DNA from: an uncultured cyanobacterium
GTDB lineage: Bacteria; Cyanobacteriota; Cyanobacteriia; Cyanobacteriales; Microcystaceae
Assembly (NCBI GenBank): GCA_963807635.1
Contig: CAWEDJ010000022.1
Coordinates: forward strand, 1 to 64,000
Length of the DNA: 64,000 bases
Direction: 5' to 3'
This document shows, piece after piece, positions 11,359 through 22,213 of this stretch. Every line of letters begins with the position of its first letter. The first letter of the stretch is position 1. Under the pieces are notes generated by a model that did not search any database, was not told the origin of the DNA, and saw only the letters and a program-made list of their open reading frames with translations. The position numbers were made by a program, and so were the translations under genes.

Positions 11359-11547
11359 GGTTTGATTTTTTCGTTAAAAATTGGCGATCGCTTTTTTCAA
11401 TCTAGGAGAAGGCGATCGCTTTTGGTTAGGGTTTTGGATTTTGGGCGATCGCGATTACAGATTTTTTGAGTTGGTAACAAAATTTTGTCATCTGTTTGTT
11501 GAAAAAGGGTAAAATTCAACAATGCTCGTTTAAGGTGACTCAATTTA

Positions 11548-13113
11548 ATGGCAAAGGCAACTAAAACAAAAAGTATTGAAGAAACGCTCTGGGATTCGGC
11601 GAATAAGTTACGCGAAACGGTGGAGTCGGCGGAGTATAAGCACGTTGTTTTGGGGTTGATTTTTCTTAAATTTGTCAGTGATAAGTTTGAGGAGCGCAGA
11701 TCGGAGTTGCTCGCGGAGGGGAAGGAAAAATATATTGAGATGGTGGAATTTTACACGATGAAAAATGTGTTTTATTTGCCTGAAATTTCCCGTTGGGCTT
11801 TTTTAATCGAAAATGCAAAACAGGATGATCTGGCTCTCAAGGTAGATACGGCTTTGGCTACGGTCGAGAAAAATAATCCTTCGTTAAAGGGTGCTTTACC
11901 TGATAATTATTATTCGCGTTTGAATTTGGATGTGAGTAAGTTGGCTTCGTTGTTGGATACTATCAACAATATTGATACTTTGAAGGATAAGCAACAGGAT
12001 ATTGTGGGGCGGGTTTATGAGTATTTTCTGAGTAAGTTTGCGTTGGCTGAGGGGAAGGGAAAAGGTGAGTTTTATACACCGAAAAGTATTGTTAATTTGA
12101 TTGCAGAAATGATCGAGCCATACAAGGGCAAAATTTATGATCCTGCCTGTGGTTCGGGGGGAATGTTTGTGCAGTCTATTAAGTTTATCGAAAGTCATCA
12201 CGGGAATCAAAAGGATGTTTCGATTTACGGTCAGGAATATACGGCGACAACGTACAAACTGGCTAAGATGAATTTGGCGATTCGGGGGATTTCTGCGAAT
12301 TTGGGGGAGGTTCCAGAAAATACGTTTATGAAGGATCAGCACAAGGATTTGAAGGCGGATTATATTATGGCGAATCCTCCTTTTAATCAGAAGCAATGGC
12401 GATCGGATAATGAGTTAGTGGATGATCCGCGTTGGAGTGGTTATGATGTGCCGCCGACGGGGAATGCGAATTATGCTTGGATTTTGAATATGGTGTCGAA
12501 GTTGTCGGAAAATGGGGTGGCGGGTTTTATTTTGGCGAATGGGGCTTTGTCGGGTGGGGGAACGGAATATAATATTCGCAGGAAGTTGATTGAAAATGAT
12601 TTAGTGGAAGCGATTTTAGTATTTCCCAGTTCTATGTTTTACACGACTGACATAGGAGTTTCCTTTTGGATTATTAATAAAAATAAAAAATCACGAGTGA
12701 CTGAAATTAATGGCAATATTAAAAAATATCGTGATCGTCAAAAAGAAATTTTATTTATGGATTTAAGACAGATTGGTATTCCTTTTGAAAAGAAGTTTGT
12801 CCAGTTTTCAGTTGATGCAGTCAAAAAGATAACGGATACCTATCACAATTGGCAAAAAATTGGTTTTGAAAAAACATATCAAAATATTCCAGAATTTTGT
12901 TATAGCGCAAAATTTGAAGAAATTAAAGACAAGGATTTTTCCCTAGTTCCGAGTAAGTATATTGAGTTTATTAATCGGGATGAAAATATTGATTTTGATG
13001 AAAAAATGCAGGCTTTGCAAGCTGAGTTTGCGAAGTTATTGAGGGCTGAAGAACAGTCTAAGCAAGATTTATTAACTGTGTTTAAGGAGTTGGGTTATGA
13101 GATCAAATTATAA
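11548..13113 (+). CDS. hsdM: Type I restriction-modification methyltransferase subunit
   Basis: GEFYTP, YDPACGSGG (SAM binding) and NPPF (N6-adenine MTase). Confidence 0.95.
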   Translation: MAKATKTKSIEETLWDSANKLRETVESAEYKHVVLGLIFLKFVSDKFEERRSELLAEGKEKYIEMVEFYTMKNVFYLPEISRWAFLIENAKQDDLALKVDTALATVEKNNPSLKGALPDNYYSRLNLDVSKLASLLDTINNIDTLKDKQQDIVGRVYEYFLSKFALAEGKGKGEFYTPKSIVNLIAEMIEPYKGKIYDPACGSGGMFVQSIKFIESHHGNQKDVSIYGQEYTATTYKLAKMNLAIRGISANLGEVPENTFMKDQHKDLKADYIMANPPFNQKQWRSDNELVDDPRWSGYDVPPTGNANYAWILNMVSKLSENGVAGFILANGALSGGGTEYNIRRKLIENDLVEAILVFPSSMFYTTDIGVSFWIINKNKKSRVTEINGNIKKYRDRQKEILFMDLRQIGIPFEKKFVQFSVDAVKKITDTYHNWQKIGFEKTYQNIPEFCYSAKFEEIKDKDFSLVPSKYIEFINRDENIDFDEKMQALQAEFAKLLRAEEQSKQDLLTVFKELGYEIKL

Positions 13114-14242
13114 AAAATTAGGTGATTTTATTCGTCGTTGTGATGAATTTAATATTGGTATGGAGGTTAAAGAACTTTTGGGAATTAGCAATAACAAATA
13201 TTTCCAAAGGTCTCATACAAATACAATTGGAATTGATTTATCTACCTATAGAATTGTGAGAACAGGACAGTTTGCTTATAACAGAGCAACAACAAGAAAT
13301 GGTGATAAAATTTCTATTGCGTTAAGACAGGGAAATGATTGTATTGTTTCGCCTTCCTATCGTGTTTTTCAAGTTATTGATGAAAATCAACTGCTCTCAG
13401 AATATTTGATGATGTGGTTTAGAAGACCAGAGTTTGATCGTTATGCACGTTTCAGAAGTCACGGAAGCGCACACGAGTTTTTTGAATGGGAAGAAATGTG
13501 TAACGTGGAATTGCCTATTCCTGATATTGCGAAACAAAGAGAAATTGTCAAGGAATATAATGTTTTAGTAAACCGTATCGCGCTGAATAATCAACTCATT
13601 CAAAAGCTAGAAGAAACGGCTCAAGCGATTTATAAACAATGGTTTGTTGATTTTGAGTTTCCTGATCAAAACGGAAAACTTTATAAATCTAATGGTGGTG
13701 AAATGGTAGAAAGTGAATTAGGAGAAATTCCAACAGGGTGGAAAATTGGATGTTTGTTTGATTTAATCGAACTTCAAAGAGGTTTTGATTTACCCGTTCA
13801 AAATAGAAAACCAGGTAACTATCCGATCTATGCCTCGACTGGTGTTACAGAAAAACATAATGAATATAAAGTTAAAAGTCCTGGAATTGTTACAGGAAGA
13901 AGCGGCTCTCTCGGTGAAGTATTTTATATTGATGAAGATTTTTGGCCACTGAATACAACATTATGGGTAAAAAACTTTAAAAATGCTACGCCTATCTTTA
14001 CATTTTATGTATTAAATGGAATCAATATTATTGATTATAATAGTGGCTCTGCTGTTCCAAGTCTAAATAGAAATCATATTCATTTACATAAACTAATAGT
14101 TCCTAAAATAGAAGTTATCGAAAAATTTGAAGTCATAGAAAAGATTTTTTTTACACAGATAAAATCAATAAAAAATCAACAAATAGCTCTGGATAAATTT
14201 AAAGAAATATTACTTTCTAAACTTGCCACAATGGAAAATTAA
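13097..14242 (+). CDS. hsdS: Type I R-M specificity subunit
   Basis: Two TRDs separated by a conserved ELPIP..QREIV...LEETAQAIYKQWF..GEIP.GW spacer; overlaps hsdM. Confidence 0.92.
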   Translation: MRSNYKKLGDFIRRCDEFNIGMEVKELLGISNNKYFQRSHTNTIGIDLSTYRIVRTGQFAYNRATTRNGDKISIALRQGNDCIVSPSYRVFQVIDENQLLSEYLMMWFRRPEFDRYARFRSHGSAHEFFEWEEMCNVELPIPDIAKQREIVKEYNVLVNRIALNNQLIQKLEETAQAIYKQWFVDFEFPDQNGKLYKSNGGEMVESELGEIPTGWKIGCLFDLIELQRGFDLPVQNRKPGNYPIYASTGVTEKHNEYKVKSPGIVTGRSGSLGEVFYIDEDFWPLNTTLWVKNFKNATPIFTFYVLNGINIIDYNSGSAVPSLNRNHIHLHKLIVPKIEVIEKFEVIEKIFFTQIKSIKNQQIALDKFKEILLSKLATMEN

Positions 14243-14244
14243 CA

Positions 14245-17200
14245 ATGAAATTCACCGAAGAATCCCTAGAATTTGCCATCCTAGAACTCTTTGCCACCGA
14301 GCAAATAGCCTATCATAGCGGCCTACATATCCACAAAGAAATTAGCGACGTTTTACTGCACCAAGACCTAAAACTATTTCTCCTCAATCAATACCCAGAC
14401 ATCACCCTCAACGAAATAACCACCATCATTCGCCAACTCGAAAACTATCCCAGTTCCACCCTCTACGATAGCAACAAAACCATCCTCAAACTCATTGCCG
14501 ATGGCTTTCCCCTCAAACGCGAAGACCGTAGCCAAAAAGACCTTTTTATTCAACTAATAGATTACCAAAACCCCGAAAATAACACCATTAAAATTGTTAA
14601 TCAACTCGAAATTCAAGGCTACGAAAAACGGATTCCCGATGCCATTATTTATATCAACGGCTTACCCTTAATCGTCTTTGAATTTAAAAGTGCCGTCCAA
14701 GAAAATGCCACCATTAAAGATGCCTTTATCCAACTCACCAACCGCTACCAAAGAGACATTCCTGAACTGTTTAAATATAATGCTTTTTGCGTCATTAGTG
14801 ACGGCGTAAATAACAAAAGTGGATCAATTTTTGCCGACTATGACTTCTTTTATGCCTGGCGCAAAACCGACATCAATAGCCAACCTGCTGACGGTATCAA
14901 CTCCCTCCATACCCTGATTAAAGGACTGTTTAATAAAACCCGATTACTCGATGTGATCAAAAACTTTATTTACTTTCCCGATACCTCCACCAAAAACGAA
15001 AAAACTGTCTGTCGCTATCCCCAATATTACGCCGCCAATAAACTCTTTGAAAACATCAAAACCCAAAAACGACCAGCAGGTAACGGAAAAGGCGGAACCT
15101 ACTTCGGCGCGACAGGCTGTGGCAAAAGCTATACCATGCTTTATCTAGCTCGACTGCTCATGAAAAGCACCGAATTAGCCAGCCCGACCATTATTTTAAT
15201 AACAGATCGTACCGACTTACATGACCAACTCGCAGGACAATTTACCAACGCCAAAAGCTTTATCGGCGATCAAGAAATCCTAGAAGTTGAAAGCCGTGAA
15301 GACCTGAAGAATAAACTTTCGCAAGGCCGCAAAAGTGGCGGCGTTTTCTTAACAACTATTCAAAAATTTACCGAAACCCTAGAACGTCTCGGCGAAAGAA
15401 ATAATATTATTTGTATTTCCGATGAAGCCCACCGCTCCCAAATTAACCGAGATCGAAAACTTAAAATTACTAAACAAGGCGTAGAACAAAAATATGGTTT
15501 TGCTAAATATTTATATGATTCTCTTCCTAATGCTACCTATGTCGGCTTTACTGGAACCCCCGTTGATGGAACCTTAGACGTATTTGGGGCAGTGATTGAT
15601 GCCTACACCATGAAAGAATCCGTCGAAGATCAAATCACCGTGCGAATTGTCTATGAAGGTCGCGCCGCTAAAGTGTTATTAAAAGACGACAAACTCAAAG
15701 AAATTGAAAATTACTACAAACAATGTGCCGAAGCAGGAACCAACGATTATCAAATTGAAGAAAGCAAAAAAGCGACTACTAAATTAGACGCAATTTTAGG
15801 CGATCCCAAACGATTGAAAGCAATAGCTCAGGATTTTATCGCCCATTATGAAACCCGCGTTAGTGAAGGATCAAGCATTAAAGGAAAAGCCATATTTGTC
15901 GCCTCTAATCGCACTATTGCGTATGATTTGTATAAAGAAATTATTGCCCTACGTCCCCAATGGGCTGAACCGAAAGAAAGCGATAATGGTGTTGAATTGA
16001 CCGACAAAGAACGTCAAGAAATAAAACCCATCGAAAAAATCAAACTGGTGATGACCCGCGACAAAGACGATCCTAAAGAACTTTATGACATCATTGGCCC
16101 CAAAGAATACCGTAAAGAATTAGACCGCCAATTTAAAGACCCCAACTCCAACTTCAAAATTGCGATCGTCGTAGATATGTGGATGACAGGTTTTGATGTG
16201 CCATTTTTAGATACGATCTATATTGATAAACCTATTCAACAACATTCACTGATTCAGACCATTTCACGGGTTAATCGCGTCTATGAAGGAAAAGAAACGG
16301 GCTTAGTGGTTGACTATATTGGCATTAAAAGTAATCTTAATTTAGCCCTTAAAAAATATTCGACTATCGAAGAAAATGATTTTGAAGATAGTGATAAAGC
16401 CGTTGTTATTGTTAAAGATCAACTCGATTTATTAGCCAAACTTTTTATCAAATTTGATACCCAAGACTATTTTAATGGCTCACCTTTGCAACAGTTAAAC
16501 TGCTTAAACCGTGCGGCGGAATTTGTGCAACTGACCGATGAACTGGAAAAGCGATTTATGGGCATGGTCAAAAAACTGAGGTCTGCCTATAGTCTTTGTT
16601 GCTCCAGTGAAGACCTCTCCGAAACGGAACGCGATCAGATTCATTTTTACTTTGCGATCAGGGCGATCGTTTTTAAACTGAATAAAGGCGATGCTCCCGA
16701 TATTGCCAAAATGAATGAACGGGTTAGGGAAATGATCCAGGAAGCTCTGCTCAGTGAAGGAGTAGAAGAAATTTTAAAACTCGGTCAAGACAACCAAGAA
16801 GGGGCGATCGATATTTTTAGTGATGAGTATCTCGCCAAAATTGATCAAATCAAATTACCCAATACCAAAATTAAACTTCTACAAAATCTTTTAAACAAGG
16901 CGATCGCTGCCTATCAAAAAGTCAATAAAATTAAAGGCGTTGATTTTTCTAAAAAACTTAAAGCATTAGTAGATCGCTATAACGAACGCCCTGATAATAT
17001 TACCTTTGCCAATGATGTACTTGAAGACGTAGCCCAACAATTTGCTGATCTATTTAAAGAATTACAAAAAGAACGAAATTCTTTTATGGATTTAGGTATC
17101 AACTTTGAGGAAAAAGCTTTTTACGATATTTTAAAATCCGTCGCTCAAAAATATAACTTTGAATATCCTGAAGACAAATTGATTAAACTTTCCCGTGAAG

Positions 17201-17388
17201 TCAAAAAAATAGTAGATGATAAAGCAAAATATACCGATTGGTCTTGTCGAGAAGATATTAAAGCCGAATTAAAAGTAGATTTAATTTTAGTGCTTGCTGA
17301 TAATGATTATCCCCCTGTTCCCAAAGATGAAGTATTCAAAGAAATTTTTGAACAAGCTGAAAATTTCAAAAAATATAACCAAGAATGA
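14245..17388 (+). CDS. hsdR: Type I R-M restriction subunit
   Basis: RIPD...FEFK nuclease, ATGCGKS Walker A, DEAHRSQ, FTGTP and TGFD helicase motifs. Confidence 0.95.
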   Translation: MKFTEESLEFAILELFATEQIAYHSGLHIHKEISDVLLHQDLKLFLLNQYPDITLNEITTIIRQLENYPSSTLYDSNKTILKLIADGFPLKREDRSQKDLFIQLIDYQNPENNTIKIVNQLEIQGYEKRIPDAIIYINGLPLIVFEFKSAVQENATIKDAFIQLTNRYQRDIPELFKYNAFCVISDGVNNKSGSIFADYDFFYAWRKTDINSQPADGINSLHTLIKGLFNKTRLLDVIKNFIYFPDTSTKNEKTVCRYPQYYAANKLFENIKTQKRPAGNGKGGTYFGATGCGKSYTMLYLARLLMKSTELASPTIILITDRTDLHDQLAGQFTNAKSFIGDQEILEVESREDLKNKLSQGRKSGGVFLTTIQKFTETLERLGERNNIICISDEAHRSQINRDRKLKITKQGVEQKYGFAKYLYDSLPNATYVGFTGTPVDGTLDVFGAVIDAYTMKESVEDQITVRIVYEGRAAKVLLKDDKLKEIENYYKQCAEAGTNDYQIEESKKATTKLDAILGDPKRLKAIAQDFIAHYETRVSEGSSIKGKAIFVASNRTIAYDLYKEIIALRPQWAEPKESDNGVELTDKERQEIKPIEKIKLVMTRDKDDPKELYDIIGPKEYRKELDRQFKDPNSNFKIAIVVDMWMTGFDVPFLDTIYIDKPIQQHSLIQTISRVNRVYEGKETGLVVDYIGIKSNLNLALKKYSTIEENDFEDSDKAVVIVKDQLDLLAKLFIKFDTQDYFNGSPLQQLNCLNRAAEFVQLTDELEKRFMGMVKKLRSAYSLCCSSEDLSETERDQIHFYFAIRAIVFKLNKGDAPDIAKMNERVREMIQEALLSEGVEEILKLGQDNQEGAIDIFSDEYLAKIDQIKLPNTKIKLLQNLLNKAIAAYQKVNKIKGVDFSKKLKALVDRYNERPDNITFANDVLEDVAQQFADLFKELQKERNSFMDLGINFEEKAFYDILKSVAQKYNFEYPEDKLIKLSREVKKIVDDKAKYTDWSCREDIKAELKVDLILVLADNDYPPVPKDEVFKEIFEQAENFKKYNQE

Positions 17389-17434
17389 CTTCATCTTTTC
17401 GCGATCGCAAAATCTGTAAATTAGAGGAATTAGA

Positions 17435-18428
<994 letters not shown>

Positions 18429-18676
18429 GGTCTTTTGGTGTGATTAATGTTTGTTGACTAAAAGCCCCATTCTAGGGCGATCGCGACTTACTCTTGCGAG
18501 TTACTTAACCTTTTGTAATCTAATGTTGAATGTCTAAAAGAATGAAAATAGCCTCTAATTACCCGAAAATGCTTGATTTTGGATAAAGTTTTACGATATA
18601 GTTAGGAGTATGAATCCGTATTTTTCCTTCATTTTTTTAATCAACTTCAAACTTAAACCACGCGATCGCAAATCCT

Positions 18677-19104
18677 ATGAATTTATGCCGTCTGATTTAT
18701 AGTAGCTATGCTAGTCCTGATACTGGCTATGAAGACTTAAAAGACATTATGGAAAAATCTGAACGAAATAATCGACGTGATGGACTGACAGGAGTACTTT
18801 GTTACGGAGATTCCATGTTTTTACAAGTTTTAGAAGGAAATCGCAAAATTGTCAGTAAAACGTACCACCGTATTGCAACAGATAAACGCCATCACACTCC
18901 TGCGCTGATCGAATGTGTTGCGGACGAAGTCGTCTATTTCAAAGTTGGTCAATGCAAGCCGTCAAATTAGTGGACTTAAATGCAGAAGAGGTTAGACAAT
19001 TAATTTTGCAATATTCGGATACCACTACTTTTCAACCTGATTTGATGACTGCCCAACAATGCCTTAAATTCATCTACAAATTATCCGAACTTAAGAAGAA
19101 ATAA
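18677..19104 (+). CDS. pixD: BLUF blue-light photoreceptor (PixD-like); frameshift near 18922
   Basis: RLIYSS (Tyr), NN..GLTG.L, FLQVLEG (Gln) and RH, then R.F.SWSM in the second frame. Confidence 0.75.
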
Positions 19105-19132
19105 GCTGTTAATTATCTAAAACACATACAGG

Positions 19133-19152
19133 CAAGGGGCTTAAGCCCCTTG
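19133..19152. repeat. Perfect 20-bp REP-like palindrome
   Basis: CAAGGGGCTTAAGCCCCTTG downstream of the BLUF gene. Confidence 0.7.
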
Positions 19153-19232
19153 TTAAGATACTTTCAGCAAAATTATTATGCAATCTAAATTTTTAACACC
19201 TTAAAGCAATTAACTTAATTAAAATCATTGGT

Positions 19233-20150
19233 CTAGGACGTGTCATCAATTAGGGGGGTTGACATCAGTGACAAATAATGCATAGAGTATCAAGTGACAA
19301 AATAAATATTGAAGAGAGATGTGAATATGACAAGACGTTATGCTTTACGAGATGACCAATGGGAAAGAATCAAAGATCTATTGCCTGGAAAACAGGGAGA
19401 TGTGGGAGTAACGGCTAAAGATAATCGTTTATTTGTCGAAGCTGTATTATATCGATATAGAGCAGGAATTCCTTGGAGAGACTTGCCCGAAAGGTTTGGA
19501 GATTTTCGAGTGATTCACACGCGCTTTACGCGATGGACGAAATCAGGAGTGTGGGAAAAGGTATTTAAGCATTTAGCAGAGGAAGCCGATAATGAATACG
19601 CAATGATAGATGCAACGATTGTGAGAGCGCATCAACACAGCGCAGGAGCAAAAAACAGTAGTGCAGAGGAAGAAGACATAGGAAAGAGTAAAGGAGGATT
19701 AAGTACGAAAATCCATACAGTAGTGGACGCATTGGGGAATCCGGTCTCTTTTTTTCTAACACCAGGTCAAGCTTGTGATTTAGACGGAGCAGATGTTTTG
19801 CTGCCGAACGTGGAAGCAGAGGCAATGCTAGGGGACAAAGCCTATGATGCAGACGAAAGAGTCATTAAGGTTTTAGAAGAAAGAGGGATAACGCCTGTGA
19901 TACCTTCGAAAAGTAATCGAAAAGAACCTCGCCCTTATGATACCTTTTTGTATAAAGCCCGCCACTTAGTCGAAAACTTCTTTGCGAAACTCAAACAATA
20001 TCGTGCTCTTGCGACTCGTTACGACAAGCGCTCAGCCAATTTTCTGGGTGGCATTTATCTGGCAGCATCAGTTATATGGTTAGCGTAGCCCAACTTGATC
20101 AACATAATTGTCCACCAATGTCAAGTGGCTTAATTGATGACACGCCCTAG
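19233..20150 (+). mobile_element. Complete IS5-family insertion sequence
   Basis: Ends CTAGGACGTGTCATCAATTA and TAATTGATGACACGCCCTAG; the imperfect IR extends to ~48 bp with TTGACAT in both ends; TA/CTAG target duplication. Confidence 0.92.
19327..20088 (+). CDS. IS5-family transposase
   Basis: GIPWRDLPERFG, IDATIVRAHQH, GDKAYD and R.LVENFF..LKQYR..ATRYDK motifs. Confidence 0.92.
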   Translation: MTRRYALRDDQWERIKDLLPGKQGDVGVTAKDNRLFVEAVLYRYRAGIPWRDLPERFGDFRVIHTRFTRWTKSGVWEKVFKHLAEEADNEYAMIDATIVRAHQHSAGAKNSSAEEEDIGKSKGGLSTKIHTVVDALGNPVSFFLTPGQACDLDGADVLLPNVEAEAMLGDKAYDADERVIKVLEERGITPVIPSKSNRKEPRPYDTFLYKARHLVENFFAKLKQYRALATRYDKRSANFLGGIYLAASVIWLA

Positions 20151-20210
20151 TAATTGAGGAGAAACTTTCACTTTTACTAGGCTTTTTTTTGATAGATTTT
20201 TCTTGGAAAT

Positions 20211-21027
20211 TTAATGTCCATCACAATGATCAGAGAAAACTCGATGGGGTAAACCATGACTAATTAAATCCACAGGGCATTGATAGGCTTCTTCTAACAT
20301 CGTTTGAGTGAGTAACTTTTCTCCGTGATAATGCAAACGCCGATTCAGACAACCGACAGTTTTAACATAACGGGCGATCGCACCTACGTCATGGGAAATC
20401 ATCAAAATCGTGATCCATTGATTCAGTTCTTCCAACAGAGTATAGATACTGGTTCTAATTTGCGGATCGACACTCGCTGTCGGTTCATCCAAAATCAAAA
20501 TCCTGGGTTCCGTCGCCAAGGCTCTAGCAATATAAACCCGTTGCCGTTGACCCCCCGACAACTCCCCGATCACTCGATGACGCAAAGGATAAAGATCAAC
20601 GAGATTTAAAACCTCTGCCACTTTTTCTTCGTCTTGACGTTGATAGGGCTGAAATAAACGCCGCTTTCCCAAACAGCCCATTTTCACCACATCCCAAACA
20701 TTAATCGGAAAAGAGTGATCGCTATTGACAAATTGGGGAACATAACCAATATATTTTCGGACCTTGTTCAATCGATTTTCCTAAAACTTTGATCTCTCCT
20801 TTTGCAGGTTTATGAAGTCCCAATAGAACTTTTAAAAGGGTTGTTTTGCCGCCCCCATTGGGGCCAATAATGCCAATAAAATCTAATTCTTTGACCGATA
20901 AATTAATATCTTCCAACACCATATCATGACCATAGGCCGCCCATAAATGACGAATAGAAATAATTTCTGGGGGGTCAGTTTTTGTCTTTGATAAGGGCGT
21001 TTTAGTTTGGTGGGGAAGAAAGCTCAT
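20211..21027 (-). CDS. znuC: Zn/Mn ABC transporter ATP-binding protein; frameshift near 20762
   Basis: GPNGGGKT, LSGGQRQR and LDEPT; C-terminal CLN..LHYH and CPVDLISHG.PH. Confidence 0.85.
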
Positions 21028-21041
21028 TATTTTCACTTTGA

Positions 21042-21974
21042 TTATTTTTTTGGGAGTTCCGTCGCCAAAGTTTGACTCACTTGACGCAAATTATTTAACC
21101 AGTCGGGACTAAAACCGTTGATGGGAATCACTTTTGCCCCGATTTCTTGGGCGATCGCCTGGGCAGTTTGGGGACTAAATTCAGGTTGGCTAAAAATCAC
21201 TTTAATCTTATTTGCCTTAGCTTTCTTAATAATATCTCCTAACTCCCCCGCACTGGGTTCATTTCCTTCTACTTCGATCGCGATCATACTTAGATTATAA
21301 TCTTTAGCAAAATAGCCCCACTCAGGATGAAAAACCATAAAAGTTCTATTTTTCAAGGGGGTTAATTGTTGACGAATTTCCTGGTCTAAACTGTCAATTT
21401 CTTTGATGAATCGGTCTAAATTTGCTTGATATTCAACCTGATGTTTCGGATCAATTTTAACTAGAGATTGAAAAATCGTTTGCGCCTGTTGTTTAACCCG
21501 TTGGGGCGATAACCAAATATGAGAATCGAGGGTTTCGCCTTCCTCTGAATGGTTCTCATGTTCATGGGCGACCATTGGTAACTTCTGAACCCCCTGACTG
21601 GTATCCACAATATTTAACTGATTATTTGCCGCTAATAATCGGGGTAGCCAGGCCTTTTCTAAGTCGCCACCGATGCTAAAATACGCCTTTGAACTGGCTA
21701 GAGAGCGCATTTGCTCAGGTTTGGGTTCGTAGGTATGGGGATCAACCCCTGTCTGCACCATGACGTTGACCTTAACGCGATCGCCGCCAATCCGTTCAAC
21801 AAAATATTTTTGGGGTTCGATGCTAACCGTGACGGGAATTTTATTAATTTTGTTAGTCTTATCAATTTGATCAGTTGATTGAGTTTGTTGAGTGCCAGGA
21901 GCGGGACGACAAGCGGTGAGGGAAGTTGTCCCCAGCATCAGGGCAATTAGAGCAACTCGTAAAACAATCGACAT
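21042..21974 (-). CDS. znuA: Zn ABC transporter substrate-binding lipoprotein
   Basis: LTAC lipobox, DPHTYEP, His-rich loop, DSHIWLSP and FHP.WGYF. Confidence 0.9.
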   Translation of the reverse strand: MSIVLRVALIALMLGTTSLTACRPAPGTQQTQSTDQIDKTNKINKIPVTVSIEPQKYFVERIGGDRVKVNVMVQTGVDPHTYEPKPEQMRSLASSKAYFSIGGDLEKAWLPRLLAANNQLNIVDTSQGVQKLPMVAHEHENHSEEGETLDSHIWLSPQRVKQQAQTIFQSLVKIDPKHQVEYQANLDRFIKEIDSLDQEIRQQLTPLKNRTFMVFHPEWGYFAKDYNLSMIAIEVEGNEPSAGELGDIIKKAKANKIKVIFSQPEFSPQTAQAIAQEIGAKVIPINGFSPDWLNNLRQVSQTLATELPKK

Positions 21975-21996
21975 GGGCAGGAATCCAAAACAAGAT

Positions 21997-22011
21997 TGAT
22001 AATCATTCTCA
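21997..22011. promoter_or_regulatory. Zur box upstream of znuA
   Basis: TGATAAT-C-ATTCTCA, one mismatch from the cyanobacterial 7-1-7 consensus TGATAATNATTATCA, just upstream of the znuA start. Confidence 0.7.
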
Positions 22012-22144
22012 TTTTATTCTAAACCACTTATGTCTGATCTCCGAATCCGCGTTGCCGAAGATGTCTGCTGTCACGTGAAGTTCTCCAGCAAAATTGAGCG
22101 AGATACTTCACAATATCAATAGGCGCGATCGCCTACCCGCGAAA

Positions 22145-22187
22145 GTTACCTAGATTACAATTCGCGATCGCTGAAAAAGCATAGACT
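22145..22187 (+). promoter_or_regulatory. Putative NtcA-type promoter for glsF
   Basis: GTT-N8-TAC at 22145-22158 (one mismatch from GTA-N8-TAC), then 23 nt, then TAGACT (TAN3T) at 22182-22187. Confidence 0.4.
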
Positions 22188-22213
22188 TTAATACAACCTA
22201 CTCACCTGCAACC

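Noticed and set aside
13097..14242. Phase-variable hsdS shufflon
   Set aside because: Only one hsdS; no silent TRDs, inverted repeats or recombinase visible in the window.
19645..19660. Programmed -1 frameshift at AAAAAAC in the IS5 transposase
   Set aside because: The transposase is already a single continuous ORF here.
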